DNA of 64,000 bases. Origin: Acidobacteriota bacterium (GTDB taxonomy: Bacteria > Acidobacteriota > UBA890 > WLXD01). Positions 49,341-58,978 of the stretch are shown in pieces. The number at the start of each line of letters is the position of its first letter. Positions within the stretch are counted from its first letter, which is position 1. The translations under genes and the position numbers were made by a program. The notes under the pieces are model-generated. The model saw only the letters and a list, made by a program, of their open reading frames with translations. It searched no databases and was not told where the DNA came from. The stretch spans positions 1,440,001 to 1,504,000 of the forward strand of contig CAXWPH010000015.1 in assembly GCA_963666055.2 (NCBI GenBank). The letters run 5' to 3'.

Positions 49341-50573
49341 GTGTCATCGTCGGACCTGATACCCCTGGAACCCGTAGAAGGCAGCAGGTCGCTCGCTTTG
49401 GAATCCGGAGAGACCTGGCCGATCTTTGCCCCAGACGAGATCGCTGCCGTAGCCGAGGTCCTGAGGTCGGGAGAGGTCAATCAATGGACCGGGACGACGG
49501 TCCACGAGTTCGAGAAAGCGTTTGTACGCTATGTAGGCGCCGAGTATGGCCTCGCGGTCGCCAATGGCTCAGTGGCCTTGGAACTGTGTCTGCGGGCGCT
49601 CGACATTGGTCCGGGGGACGAAGTGGTCGTCTCCCCACGCTCATTTGTCGCCTCTGCTCACTGCGTCAGAATGGTCGGTGCGTCACCCGTCTTTGCCGAC
49701 GTTGATCTCGATTCCGGAAACATCACCGCCGCTGCGGTCGCCGCGGTGCTCACCCTGCGGAGTCGGGCGATTCTTCCGGTTCACGTTGGCGGCTGGCCGG
49801 CGGATATGCCGGCGATCATGGCGCTCGCCGACCAGCACGGGCTCAAGGTGGTGGAAGATTGCGCCCAGGCCCAGGGCGCGAGCATTGCTGGTCGCCACGT
49901 CGGTAGCTTCGGCGATGCCGGGGCGTTTTCTTTTTGTCAGGACAAGATCATGTCGACGGGCGGCGAAGGTGGGTTCGCCGTGTTCCGCGATGAAACTGCT
50001 TGGCAATGGGCCTGCTCGTTCAAGGATCACGGTAGGAAGCTGAGCCGAACCGACAATCAGTCGGCTGGGGTACCGGGCAGGTTTCGTTTCGAGATCGACA
50101 GGATTGGCACGAACTGGAGATTGACGGCAATGCAGGCGGCGATCGGTCTCGTCCAGCTTGGAAAACTCGAAGAGTGGAACGCGTTGCGGACGCGCAACGC
50201 GTCGGTCTGGGCGGCAGCTTTGAGCGGCACGGGTGACGTCCGTGTTCCCCAGGTCGAGCCACCGTTCCGGCACGCTTTCTACAAGTTCCATTTCTATATC
50301 AACCGGACCGGAATCTGCGCAACAAGAGCAGTCGACCATATCCTCATGATGGCCGATGCTGCTGGCCTGCGGGTTTTCTCGGGGGGCTGCTCGGAGATAT
50401 ACCGAGAGCGAGCCTACGCTGACCTCGGCTCGCAAGCCCTGCCGCATGCCAGAGCCCTTGGCGAGACCGCATTGATGATGGAAGTGCACCCGACCCTCAG
50501 ACTCGGCCGTTTGAGGTGCCGGGCACGGGCATTGCGCGACATCGTGCGCGCAGCCCTGTCGGACCCGGGATGA
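49341..50573 (+). CDS. DegT/DnrJ/EryC1/StrS sugar aminotransferase (start uncertain)
   Basis: ANGSVALEL, EDCAQAQGA, SFCQDKIMSTGGEGG; visibly more A/T-ending codons than the flanking genes. Confidence 0.9.
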   Translation: MSSSDLIPLEPVEGSRSLALESGETWPIFAPDEIAAVAEVLRSGEVNQWTGTTVHEFEKAFVRYVGAEYGLAVANGSVALELCLRALDIGPGDEVVVSPRSFVASAHCVRMVGASPVFADVDLDSGNITAAAVAAVLTLRSRAILPVHVGGWPADMPAIMALADQHGLKVVEDCAQAQGASIAGRHVGSFGDAGAFSFCQDKIMSTGGEGGFAVFRDETAWQWACSFKDHGRKLSRTDNQSAGVPGRFRFEIDRIGTNWRLTAMQAAIGLVQLGKLEEWNALRTRNASVWAAALSGTGDVRVPQVEPPFRHAFYKFHFYINRTGICATRAVDHILMMADAAGLRVFSGGCSEIYRERAYADLGSQALPHARALGETALMMEVHPTLRLGRLRCRARALRDIVRAALSDPG

Positions 50574-50672
50574 CCCAAGGTGTATGGGCAGGAGGTGGCT
50601 GAAATGCACACCCGCCTCGACTTCAGCGGGCGCCCATACCAATAGAGCGGCCAGCGTCTAGTATTGGCGTCT

Positions 50673-51212
50673 ATGGCCGAGTCGCGGAGCATTCTCGTCG
50701 TGTGCTACGGGAACCTCTGCCGCAGCCCCATGGCCGAGGGCCTGTTGCGTCATCACCTGCCGGCAGAGTTCGCGGTTCGCTCGGCGGGCACGCATGCCTT
50801 CGGTGGCGAGCCTCCCACCAGCACGGCGCAGGAGGTGATGAAGCGTGACGCCGGGATCGAGATCCACGATCAGCGCTCCAGTGAGCTCACCGTCGCGTCC
50901 ATCGAGTGGGCCGACCATATTTTCACCATGTCGACCCAGCAGGCCCAGCTCGTCGCCGCGCTCGATCCCCGCGCCAGCGTTCGGACGCGCCTGTTCGGTG
51001 CCTTCGCCCCGGCCACCAGCTTCAGTGGGTTCAGCGCCGATCCGAGGGGATCCGAAGCGGGCCTGCTCGAGGTGCCCGATCCGACGGGCGGCGCCTATGG
51101 CGATTACCTGGAGTGCATGCGGCGGTTGGAGGAGGCTGCGGACCGCTGCGCGGCGTGGCTGATTGCTGGGGCTGACCCGGCGGCAGCGCCCCCAACGGTC
51201 GTGCAGGCGTGA
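50673..51212 (+). CDS. Low-molecular-weight protein-tyrosine phosphatase (Wzb-like)
   Basis: VCYGNLCRSPMAE P-loop, SAGT, VPDP. Confidence 0.88.
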   Translation: MAESRSILVVCYGNLCRSPMAEGLLRHHLPAEFAVRSAGTHAFGGEPPTSTAQEVMKRDAGIEIHDQRSSELTVASIEWADHIFTMSTQQAQLVAALDPRASVRTRLFGAFAPATSFSGFSADPRGSEAGLLEVPDPTGGAYGDYLECMRRLEEAADRCAAWLIAGADPAAAPPTVVQA

Positions 51213-51527
51213 TCGAGGTCGAGGTCGTCAACTACTGCAACATGGCATCCTTGGCCGACGTCGCCATCGAGCTCGTCAACGTCGATACTGCGGATCTGCT
51301 TGGGCGATCTCGCCCTGCAGCTTGGCGACCTCAGCCGGACGAGACACCCGAAGGTCTTCGCCGGCAGGCTTCAGCCACGCTCGCATGCGCAGCTCGACGT
51401 CGCACTGGCCCGACTTGCTTGGCTGGCAGAGAACAACGATGGCGACGGGATTCGCCAGTTCTTGAGCGACTTCCTGCCGGAGGCCCAGCTCGCGCTGAGC
51501 TCCGACGAGCGAATCTCCGCACGCTAG
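51209..51527 (+). pseudogene. Remnant of a CapD/PglF-like NDP-sugar dehydratase
   Basis: DLLGRS(P) motif, then a frameshift, joined directly to the C-terminal TRHPKVFAG...FLPE segment; no catalytic domain. Confidence 0.6.
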
Positions 51528-51536
51528 CTTCTCGAG

Positions 51537-53309
51537 CTACCCGCTGAAATACAAATATGCCGCCAAGATCGCCAACAACACCCCTGCCGACGCCAACACG
51601 TCCGCCTTCGTCCAGCTGCGCCGTGACTCCTGCCGGTGCGCCTCGGTCAACGTCCCATACGTCAGCCCGCTGATCTTCGCGTAGTCGGGCGCGGCGGTCG
51701 CGTAGCTCACCGCCACCATGGCGCCCACACAGACCAGCAGGATGACGATGCTGTAGTACTGGAAGAACGTGTGGTTGATGATCCAGAGCAATGAGCCCTC
51801 GGCGTAGCCGTTCTCGAATCCGGCCAGCCCGAGCTTGACGGGAGTGTCCACAGCGAGCCGGAACAGGCCCATGGCGAAGCCGACGGTGAGGGCGGCTAGG
51901 CAACCGTGGGCGTTGAGTCGCTTGAAGAAGACGCCAAGGAAGAAGACCACGAAGATGGGCGGGGCGAGGTACGCCTGCACGCCCTGGAGGTAGTCGTAGA
52001 GGCCGCGCCCGCCCTGGATGACGGGGATCCACGCCAATCCCACCAACACCATGACGCCGGTGGCGACGCGGCCTATCCACACCAGGCGGTGCTCTGACAC
52101 GGCAGGATGAAGCTTCTTGTAGAAGTCCATGGTGAACAGCGTCGCCGAGGCGTTGAAAACGCCGGCCAGCGAGCTCATGAGCGCCGCCAGCAGCCCCGCC
52201 ACGACGATGCCGCGGATGCCGGTCGGTAGCACGGTGGCCACCAGCAGCGGGAAGGCCTTTTGCGCCTCGTCGCGGATGATGTTGCCGTTGGCGTCGAGCA
52301 GCTGGCGTTGCAGCTCGGGCGAGGCACCGCTGGTGGCCAGGGCGAAGGCGATGATGCCGGGAATGATGAAGATGAACACCGGGAGCAGCTTGAGCACGGC
52401 GGCGAAGATGCTGCCGCGGCGTGCCTGCCGCTCGTCGGGCGCGCCGAGGGCACGCTGCACGATGTACTGATCGGTGCACCAGTACCAGAGTCCCGCCACC
52501 GGTGCGCAGAACAGCATGCTCAGCCACGGGTAGTTGTCGTTGAAGTACCAGGCTTGGCGCACCACCTGTCCGGCGGCGTTGGTCTCGAGCACCGGCGCCC
52601 ACGAGCCGATGACCCCTTCGGGCACGATTGGCTTCCAGAGGTTGAACATCTCCGCCCCGGCGATCTCGCGAAGCGCCCCCCAGCCGCCCAGTGCGTCGAG
52701 CCCGTAGACGGTGACCAGGATCGACCCAAGCACCAGAACGATCGTCTGGAGCGCTTCCGTATAGACCACGGCGCGCAAGCCGCCTACCACCGTGTACAAG
52801 CCGGTGAGGACGATGACCAGAATCGACCCCAGCCAGAAGCTATCGAGCGGCCCGAGCCGCATCTCGGGCAGCAGCACCGAGAACACGATGCCGCCGGCGA
52901 AGATCCCCACGGCGATCTTGGTGAGCACGTACGCGAACAAGGAGATGATCGACAGCACCCAGCGGTTCACCGGGCTGAAGCGCCGCTCGAGGAACTCGGG
53001 CATGGTGAAGATCTTCGAGCGCATGTAGAAGGGTACGAACAGCCAGCCCAGCACCAGCAGACACCAGGCGTGCAGCTCGTAGTGCGCCAGCGCCACGCCG
53101 TCGGTGGCGCCTGAGCCGGCCAGCCCGACGAGGTGCTCGGAGCCGATGTTGGAGGCGAAGATCGAGGCGCCGACGATCCACCAGCTGAGGTTGCGGCCGG
53201 CGAGGAAGTAGTCGTCGGCGGTGTCTTGGCTCTTGCGGATCACCCACCACGCCAGGCCCAGGAGGCCGCCGAAGTAGAGCGCGATGACCAGCCAGTCCAG
53301 AGTTGTCAT
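51537..53309 (-). CDS. Sodium:solute symporter (SGLT-like)
   Basis: DYFLAGR, ASNIGSEH, WYWCTDQYIVQRAL, LLAALMSSL. Confidence 0.95.
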   Translation of the reverse strand: MTTLDWLVIALYFGGLLGLAWWVIRKSQDTADDYFLAGRNLSWWIVGASIFASNIGSEHLVGLAGSGATDGVALAHYELHAWCLLVLGWLFVPFYMRSKIFTMPEFLERRFSPVNRWVLSIISLFAYVLTKIAVGIFAGGIVFSVLLPEMRLGPLDSFWLGSILVIVLTGLYTVVGGLRAVVYTEALQTIVLVLGSILVTVYGLDALGGWGALREIAGAEMFNLWKPIVPEGVIGSWAPVLETNAAGQVVRQAWYFNDNYPWLSMLFCAPVAGLWYWCTDQYIVQRALGAPDERQARRGSIFAAVLKLLPVFIFIIPGIIAFALATSGASPELQRQLLDANGNIIRDEAQKAFPLLVATVLPTGIRGIVVAGLLAALMSSLAGVFNASATLFTMDFYKKLHPAVSEHRLVWIGRVATGVMVLVGLAWIPVIQGGRGLYDYLQGVQAYLAPPIFVVFFLGVFFKRLNAHGCLAALTVGFAMGLFRLAVDTPVKLGLAGFENGYAEGSLLWIINHTFFQYYSIVILLVCVGAMVAVSYATAAPDYAKISGLTYGTLTEAHRQESRRSWTKADVLASAGVLLAILAAYLYFSG

Positions 53310-53447
53310 CGGGATAATACTTCCTGCAGCTTGCAGTACTTGGCCACTGAATTACGGCGGCAAACTACCACTGTTCGGACTGCGTTTGGACCGACGAACC
53401 GGAGCTGACCGGGGCAATCGCTCTCAGCGTCAAAGTGTGAAAGCGTC

Positions 53448-53477
53448 TTGACGTCAACACGTCCAAGCGGCTAGGGT
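53448..53477 (+). promoter_or_regulatory. Sigma70-like promoter with overlapping palindrome for the RHH-RelE module
   Basis: TTGACG-N18-TAGGGT, 7 nt before ATG 53485; TTGACGTCAA palindrome over the -35. Confidence 0.6.
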
Positions 53478-53484
53478 AGAGCGC

Positions 53485-53751
53485 ATGCTGAGCGCCAAGC
53501 CAGAGCGAACCGAAGCAAAGCGAGCCGAAACGAAGCGCGCGACCGTCTATCTCGACTCCGAGATCCACCGGACGCTGCGCATCCGTGCGGCCGAGATGGA
53601 TACGACTATCTCGGAGCTGGTCAACGAAGCGGTCAAGGAGTCGCTCGCCGAGGACGCCGAGGACTTGATGACGCTCGAGGTGAGGGAAGGTGAGCCCGAC
53701 CTGCCCTTCGAAGAGCTCGTCAAGGATCTTAAGCGCCGTGGCAAGTTATAG
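53485..53751 (+). CDS. CopG/RHH antitoxin
   Basis: KRATVYLD..ISELVNEAV..EDAEDL. Confidence 0.85.
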   Translation: MLSAKPERTEAKRAETKRATVYLDSEIHRTLRIRAAEMDTTISELVNEAVKESLAEDAEDLMTLEVREGEPDLPFEELVKDLKRRGKL

Positions 53752-53998
53752 GCTCTTCATCAAGCCATCGGCGGCGAAGGAGATCGAGGCGCTGCCCACA
53801 GCTAAGATCCGCCGGGAGATCGTTCGCCGGATCGAGTCGCTGGCCGATGAACCCAGACCGCACGGCTGCACGAAGCTATCCGGCGCCGCGAAGTACCGCT
53901 TGGGTCACGGTCGATACCGCATCGTCTACACGGTTAAGGACGATCGGCTGATCGTGGTCGTGGTGCGGATGGCGCATCGCAAAGACGCCTACCGCTAG
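53738..53998 (+). CDS. relE: RelE/ParE family toxin
   Basis: YRLFIKPSAAKEIEAL..PRPHGCTKLSG..YRIVY..HRKDAYR. Confidence 0.9.
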   Translation: MASYRLFIKPSAAKEIEALPTAKIRREIVRRIESLADEPRPHGCTKLSGAAKYRLGHGRYRIVYTVKDDRLIVVVVRMAHRKDAYR

Positions 53999-54111
53999 CA
54001 AGCGTGTGCTCGAATCCTGGGCCGCGCGACTCGGGTCGAATCGGGCCCCGAGGCGCCGCGCGTACGGCGCCCCGGAGCGATACCTCGTCCCGATCAATAC
54101 CTGGTGCCTGA

Positions 54112-57100
54112 TCAGCTCTGCGGCCGAGCTCGATTCGGCGCCGCTGGCCGGGCCGGTCGGGTCACCGGGTTTTCGCGCAACAACCGCAGCGCCTCGGCGA
54201 TGCCGGCCTCCAGCTGGGTGTCGGTTCCGCGCGCCAGCTCGGTGGGGTTCTCCAGCACCTCGATGTCCGGATCCACACCGTGGCCCTCGACGATCCACTC
54301 GCCCTCGGTGCTGTAGATCCCGAACGTCGGCACCGCCAGGTTGCCGCCGTCGATCAGGCCGGGCACGCCGGTGTAGCCGATGAGGCCGCCCCAGGTGCGC
54401 GTGCCGATCAGCGGCCCGAGATCAGCGTGCTTGAAGAACAGTGGGAAGGCGTCGCCGCCGGAGCCGCTCCAGCCGTTGATGAGCATCACCTTGGGGCCGA
54501 TCTGCGAGACCGGCGGCCACTGCCAGTCCTCGCCGTCGCGCACCCCCCAGTAGCTGTAGAGCGGCCGGTTGAGGAGCTCGATGAAACGGTCGGGAATCTG
54601 GCCGCCGTTGTTGAAGCGTTCGTCGATGATCAGCCCTTCCTTGTCGATCTGGGAGGCGAACTGGCGCAGCAGCTCGGTCTGGCCGTTGCGTCCGGTGTCG
54701 GGCACGTAAACGTAGCCGATGCGTCCGTCGGTAGCCTCCTCGACGCGCTTGCGGTTCGACTCGATCCACGCCAGGTTGCGCAGCCGTACCTCGCTGCGCA
54801 GCGTCTCCACCAGCACGCGGCGCGCGCCGTCCATCGACGGGGTGTCGTTGATGGTGAGCTCGACGGTCTCACCGCCCATCCCCTGGAAGGCGGCCCAGGG
54901 GTCCATCGACGTATCGATCGGCGTGCCGTTCACGGCCAGCAGATAGTCGCCCTCGTCGACGTCAACACCAGGCTGCCTCAGCGGTGAGCGCACCTCGCTG
55001 TCCCACGGAGCGCCGTCGATGATGCGCGCCAACCGATAGGCACCGCCCTCGAGCACGTAGTCGACGCCAAGCAGTCCTACGGTGCGTTGGCGCGCCTGCT
55101 CGGTGTCGCCACCGCCCATGTTGTAGGTGTGGCCGGCGTTGAGCTCGCCGATAAGCTCGCCGATGAGAAAGTCGAGATCCCAGCGTGTCACCACATCATC
55201 GATCAGTGCGCTGTAGACCTCGCCCACGTGCTCCCAGTCGACGCCGTGCATGTTGCGCACGTAGAAGTAGTCGCGAAAGCGGCGAAACGCGTCGTTGAAG
55301 ATCTGCCGCCATTCGGCCACCGGATCGAGCATTACCTGGAGTCCGGAGGTGTCGAGCGGCTCGAGATTCTGACCCGGGGCGATGCTGACGATACCGATGC
55401 CACCATTCGCTGCCACGATCAGCTTCTCGCCGTCGGCGGAGACGCCGAAGTCGTCGGCGTCGTCGAGGATGGTCTTCTCCTCCCGGTCCTCCAGGTCCCA
55501 GAACGCGATCGGGCTGTCGTCGTCTCCCGAGCCAGTGCGCGGCCCGCGGTGGTAGATTACCTTGCCGGACACCGCCGCCAGCGTGCCGTAGTTGCCGGCT
55601 TCGGCGGGAAGCACTACGAGGCGGTTCTCGAAGCCGTCGAGATCGATCTCGACGTCCTCAGCGTCTTCATCGTCAGCGTTCTCATCGGCGTCGTCGCCAT
55701 CGCCATCACGGTCGCCGCTTGCGGAGTCGTCGTCAGAGTCCGAGTCGCCGGAGCCTTCGCCCGCCTCGTCGTCCTCGACCTCTTCTTCATCGTTGCGTGG
55801 CGCCAGTGGCGACGGTACGTCGTGGCGCAGAGTGATGGCGGCCACGTTAGTGGTGTTGGCGTAGATGAAGGTGTTCTGGTAGTCACTGTAGGTCGGGCTG
55901 AGCGAGCGATTTGTGGTGACGTACAGGTAGTCGCCATCGGGGTCGAAGACCGGGCTGGTGTCGTTGTAGTAGCCGCTGGTGACCTGATGACGTTCGCCGC
56001 TGTCGATATCGAACAGGAAGATCGCCGTGTGGCGGTTCATGAGCCCGCGCGAGTAGGCGAGCCAGCGGCTGTCCGACGACCAACTGGGCGAGAAAGCGTT
56101 CAACTGACCGTGGTACATCCACTTGCCCCGGTCGACCTCGGTGAGCGCCTCGGCGTCCAGATCATAGATGCGGATCGTCATGGTCTGATCGATGAATGCC
56201 AGCTTGTTGCTGTCAGGCGACCAGTACGGCGAGTAGCGGAACCCCTCGCCGAGGTTGGTGAGCTGACGCGGCGTGCCGTTGCCGTCGGCCGCCAGGAGCG
56301 TGAGCTCGTACTCACGGGAAGCGTCGCCGAAGTAGGCAATCCACTTGCCGTCGGGCGACCAGGCCGGGCTGCGCTCCGCGGTCCCCGAGCTGCGGGTCAG
56401 GTTGCGGGTGATGCCGTGCTCTGCCGGCACGGTGAAGATATCGCCGCGCGCCTCGAGGACGACGCGCTTGCCGGACGGTGAGATGTCGCCGCCGGCGATC
56501 AGATCCGCCACATTCTCGTTGTGCGGCTTGAGGCTCGAGCGGTCGGTGACCACGTCGACCATCACCTCGCGCGTGGTCTCGTCGTCGAGATCGAGGAGAT
56601 AAAGGCGTCCACCGGCCTCGAACACCAGATCGGAGGGTCCGATAGCCGGGAAGCGCACGTCGAAGTCGGCGAGCTCGGTCACCTGTCGCGTGTCGCCCGA
56701 GTCGAGCTCATAGGCCCAGATATTGGCGCGCTGGTTGTCGCCGCGGTCCGAAAGGAAGTAGAGCGTCGAACCGTGCCACATCGGGTGACCGTCGTTGGCT
56801 TCGCTGTTGCTGATGTTGCGGGCGCTGTAGTCGTTCAGATCGAACAGCCAGATGTCGGGAGCCATGCCGCCCCGGTAGCGCTTCCAGGTGCGGAAGTCGC
56901 GGCTGATCGGCATGTACGCAATCGTGCTGCCGTCGGGCGAGATGGCGCCGAACTCGCCATACGGAACCGGCAGCAGCTCGGGGAGCCCACCGCTGGCCGG
57001 CACGTTGAAGAACTTGCGGTAGCGCATCTTCTCGGTCTGCATGAAGCTGGCGATGAGAATCGATTCGCCGTCGGGGTTCCACTCGAGCATGCGGTCCGGG

Positions 57101-57438
57101 AGTGGATGATGGGTGAGGCGCTCCACCTGCCCGCCCAGCGTTGGTACCGCGTAGATGTCGACGTTGCCGTCGTAGTTCGCTTGGAAGGCGATGCGGCTGC
57201 CGTCGGGCGAAAAGCGCGGGAAGCGCTCCTCGCCAGCGGGTGTGCTCAAGCGCTGCGCGGTGCCGCCGTCTTTTGGCGCGACCCACACATCGCCCGCGTA
57301 AACGAACGTGATGTGGGTGTCGGAAACGTCCGGGAACCGCAGCATGCGGGCGTCGACCTGCGCGGCGGCCGGGGTGGCAACGGCGAGTAGCCCGACGAGA
57401 ACGAGCGACAGTGTGAGGGCGTTATAGGCGCGTGGCAT
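54112..57438 (-). CDS. Tricorn-type S41 protease with PDZ domain, secreted
   Basis: MLRFPDVS, WKRYRGG, GELNAGH, DERFNNGG, SGSGGD, GTRTWGGLIG. Confidence 0.95.
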   Translation of the reverse strand: MPRAYNALTLSLVLVGLLAVATPAAAQVDARMLRFPDVSDTHITFVYAGDVWVAPKDGGTAQRLSTPAGEERFPRFSPDGSRIAFQANYDGNVDIYAVPTLGGQVERLTHHPLPDRMLEWNPDGESILIASFMQTEKMRYRKFFNVPASGGLPELLPVPYGEFGAISPDGSTIAYMPISRDFRTWKRYRGGMAPDIWLFDLNDYSARNISNSEANDGHPMWHGSTLYFLSDRGDNQRANIWAYELDSGDTRQVTELADFDVRFPAIGPSDLVFEAGGRLYLLDLDDETTREVMVDVVTDRSSLKPHNENVADLIAGGDISPSGKRVVLEARGDIFTVPAEHGITRNLTRSSGTAERSPAWSPDGKWIAYFGDASREYELTLLAADGNGTPRQLTNLGEGFRYSPYWSPDSNKLAFIDQTMTIRIYDLDAEALTEVDRGKWMYHGQLNAFSPSWSSDSRWLAYSRGLMNRHTAIFLFDIDSGERHQVTSGYYNDTSPVFDPDGDYLYVTTNRSLSPTYSDYQNTFIYANTTNVAAITLRHDVPSPLAPRNDEEEVEDDEAGEGSGDSDSDDDSASGDRDGDGDDADENADDEDAEDVEIDLDGFENRLVVLPAEAGNYGTLAAVSGKVIYHRGPRTGSGDDDSPIAFWDLEDREEKTILDDADDFGVSADGEKLIVAANGGIGIVSIAPGQNLEPLDTSGLQVMLDPVAEWRQIFNDAFRRFRDYFYVRNMHGVDWEHVGEVYSALIDDVVTRWDLDFLIGELIGELNAGHTYNMGGGDTEQARQRTVGLLGVDYVLEGGAYRLARIIDGAPWDSEVRSPLRQPGVDVDEGDYLLAVNGTPIDTSMDPWAAFQGMGGETVELTINDTPSMDGARRVLVETLRSEVRLRNLAWIESNRKRVEEATDGRIGYVYVPDTGRNGQTELLRQFASQIDKEGLIIDERFNNGGQIPDRFIELLNRPLYSYWGVRDGEDWQWPPVSQIGPKVMLINGWSGSGGDAFPLFFKHADLGPLIGTRTWGGLIGYTGVPGLIDGGNLAVPTFGIYSTEGEWIVEGHGVDPDIEVLENPTELARGTDTQLEAGIAEALRLLRENPVTRPARPAAPNRARPQS

Positions 57439-57707
57439 GGTCCTGCTCCGGGGAATACGAGGCGTCGCAGGACCCGGGCGAAGGCTCTTGCGCCACCTGT
57501 CAGTCTCGAGCGGTCGGCGAAGCGGATCGCGTCTCGCCAGACGCCGCTCGCCAGGTGCCGATTCCTTGAGAAGTCGAGCTCGGGTGGTCATTCGATCAGC
57601 CGAACGCAATGCCGAACAATTTAGCAGAATGGGCGCCGGCTGATTCCACCGGAGCGCCGCGATTGTCGATCTCGGCCCCAAGGTCCGGGTCTTCACGAGA
57701 GCCGACT

Positions 57708-57724
57708 ATTACCTTCCAAGTAAT
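57708..57724 (+). promoter_or_regulatory. Putative XRE/MmyB operator 1
   Basis: ATTACCTTCCAAGTAAT. Confidence 0.6.
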
Positions 57725-57787
57725 TGAGTCCTTGGCTTCCTGGAAACTAGCTTCGCGGCTGATCCTGCGGGGGCTGAATTGGCCAGG

Positions 57788-58013
57788 ATGGTCGTCATGC
57801 GAAGAACGACATGCCGACTGGTCCGCCGGCGTCTGGTTCCCCTTCGTTCAAGTGGTTACGATGTTTGGCCCCGAGCAATCCCCCGAGCCGATGCCTGAGA
57901 CTTACGTCCACAAGTTCGTGGCGGAGAGCGTTGCTTTCGACTCAGTCTCCGTCGCTGAGCTGGTGCCTGAACCGGCTCGAGGAACCCCCGCCGATGCCAA
58001 GCCTGGGCAGTGA
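57788..58013 (+). pseudogene. Possible gene remnant upstream of the hydrolase
   Basis: The frame ..GVWFPFVQVV..VAESVAFD.. ends in a GTGA overlap with the next gene but has no good start; an out-of-frame MVVMRRTTCRLV start precedes it. Confidence 0.35.
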
Positions 58014-58978
58014 CTGAGCGAATCCAGAGAGCTCCGATCCAGAGGGTCATCAGGCGCCTGGCGCTGGCTCTTGGTGCTGTCCTGGCCGCTCTTGCGCTCA
58101 CCCTGTGGGGGATGTGGTGGGCGGGGCTGAGACAAGTGCTCTCCGAGAGCGCGATAGTCGAGACGCGCCTGGGCCCGGTGGAGTACGCCGCCGTCGGTGA
58201 GGGACCGGATGTTCTCCTCATCCACGGCTCTCCGGGCGGCTATGACCAGTTGCTCCCCCTGGCCCGCTCGCTGGCCGGGCGCGGCTATCGAGCTGTCACG
58301 GTCTCGCGGCCAGGCTACCTTCGAACCCCCCAAGAAGTGGGCTCCACGCCGCCGCAGCACGCCGATGCACTCGCCGCTCTCGTGGATGCGCTCGAGCTTC
58401 GGCGCGTTCTCCTTATCGGCGTGTCTGGCGGCGGCCCGACAACGCTGCAGCTGGCGCTGCGACATCCGCAGAAGGTGCGGGGCGTGGTGCTGATTTGCGC
58501 CGTGAGCTCGCGCCTTCGCGAAGGCGATCCCGACCCCGAGGCGGTTCGTGAGTTCGACTTCATGTGGGATCTGGGCGCCTTGATAGCGAGGTTCTTCCCC
58601 TCCCGCGGCCTTAGGTTGCTTGGCGTCACCGAGGCCGTCGAGCTCGAGCGGCACCTCGCCGATCCCGCCACGGTGGAGGCCGTTCGCTACCTCTTTCAGT
58701 CTCTCGGTTTCAGCCGCCGCCGGCGAGGCTACGCTCAGGACATGCTCGCAGTCGAATGGAGCGATCTGCACTATCCCCTCGAGCTGATCGAGGCGCCGAC
58801 CCTGGTACTGCACGGCTCCGAAGACGCCAATGTTCCCCTGTCGCACGGCGAGCACGTTGCCTCGAGCATCCCCGGCGCGCAGCTGCGCGTCCTGGATGGC
58901 GCCGGACAGGCCATCTTCGTGCTTCAGCACAGGTGGATCGAAGATCAGGTAGATACGTTCCTGAGCAAGATCCACTAG
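58010..58978 (+). CDS. Alpha/beta hydrolase with N-terminal membrane anchor
   Basis: HGSPGG, SRPGY, GVSGGG nucleophile elbow, HGSED; expected catalytic His region reads GAGQA. Confidence 0.88.
   Translation: MTERIQRAPIQRVIRRLALALGAVLAALALTLWGMWWAGLRQVLSESAIVETRLGPVEYAAVGEGPDVLLIHGSPGGYDQLLPLARSLAGRGYRAVTVSRPGYLRTPQEVGSTPPQHADALAALVDALELRRVLLIGVSGGGPTTLQLALRHPQKVRGVVLICAVSSRLREGDPDPEAVREFDFMWDLGALIARFFPSRGLRLLGVTEAVELERHLADPATVEAVRYLFQSLGFSRRRRGYAQDMLAVEWSDLHYPLELIEAPTLVLHGSEDANVPLSHGEHVASSIPGAQLRVLDGAGQAIFVLQHRWIEDQVDTFLSKIH

Noticed and set aside
57439-57696. N-terminal extension of the tricorn protease, and similar extensions of dctM, dctP, glpF and the FAD oxidoreductase
   Set aside because: Downstream starts fit SD sequences, signal peptides or gene overlaps better
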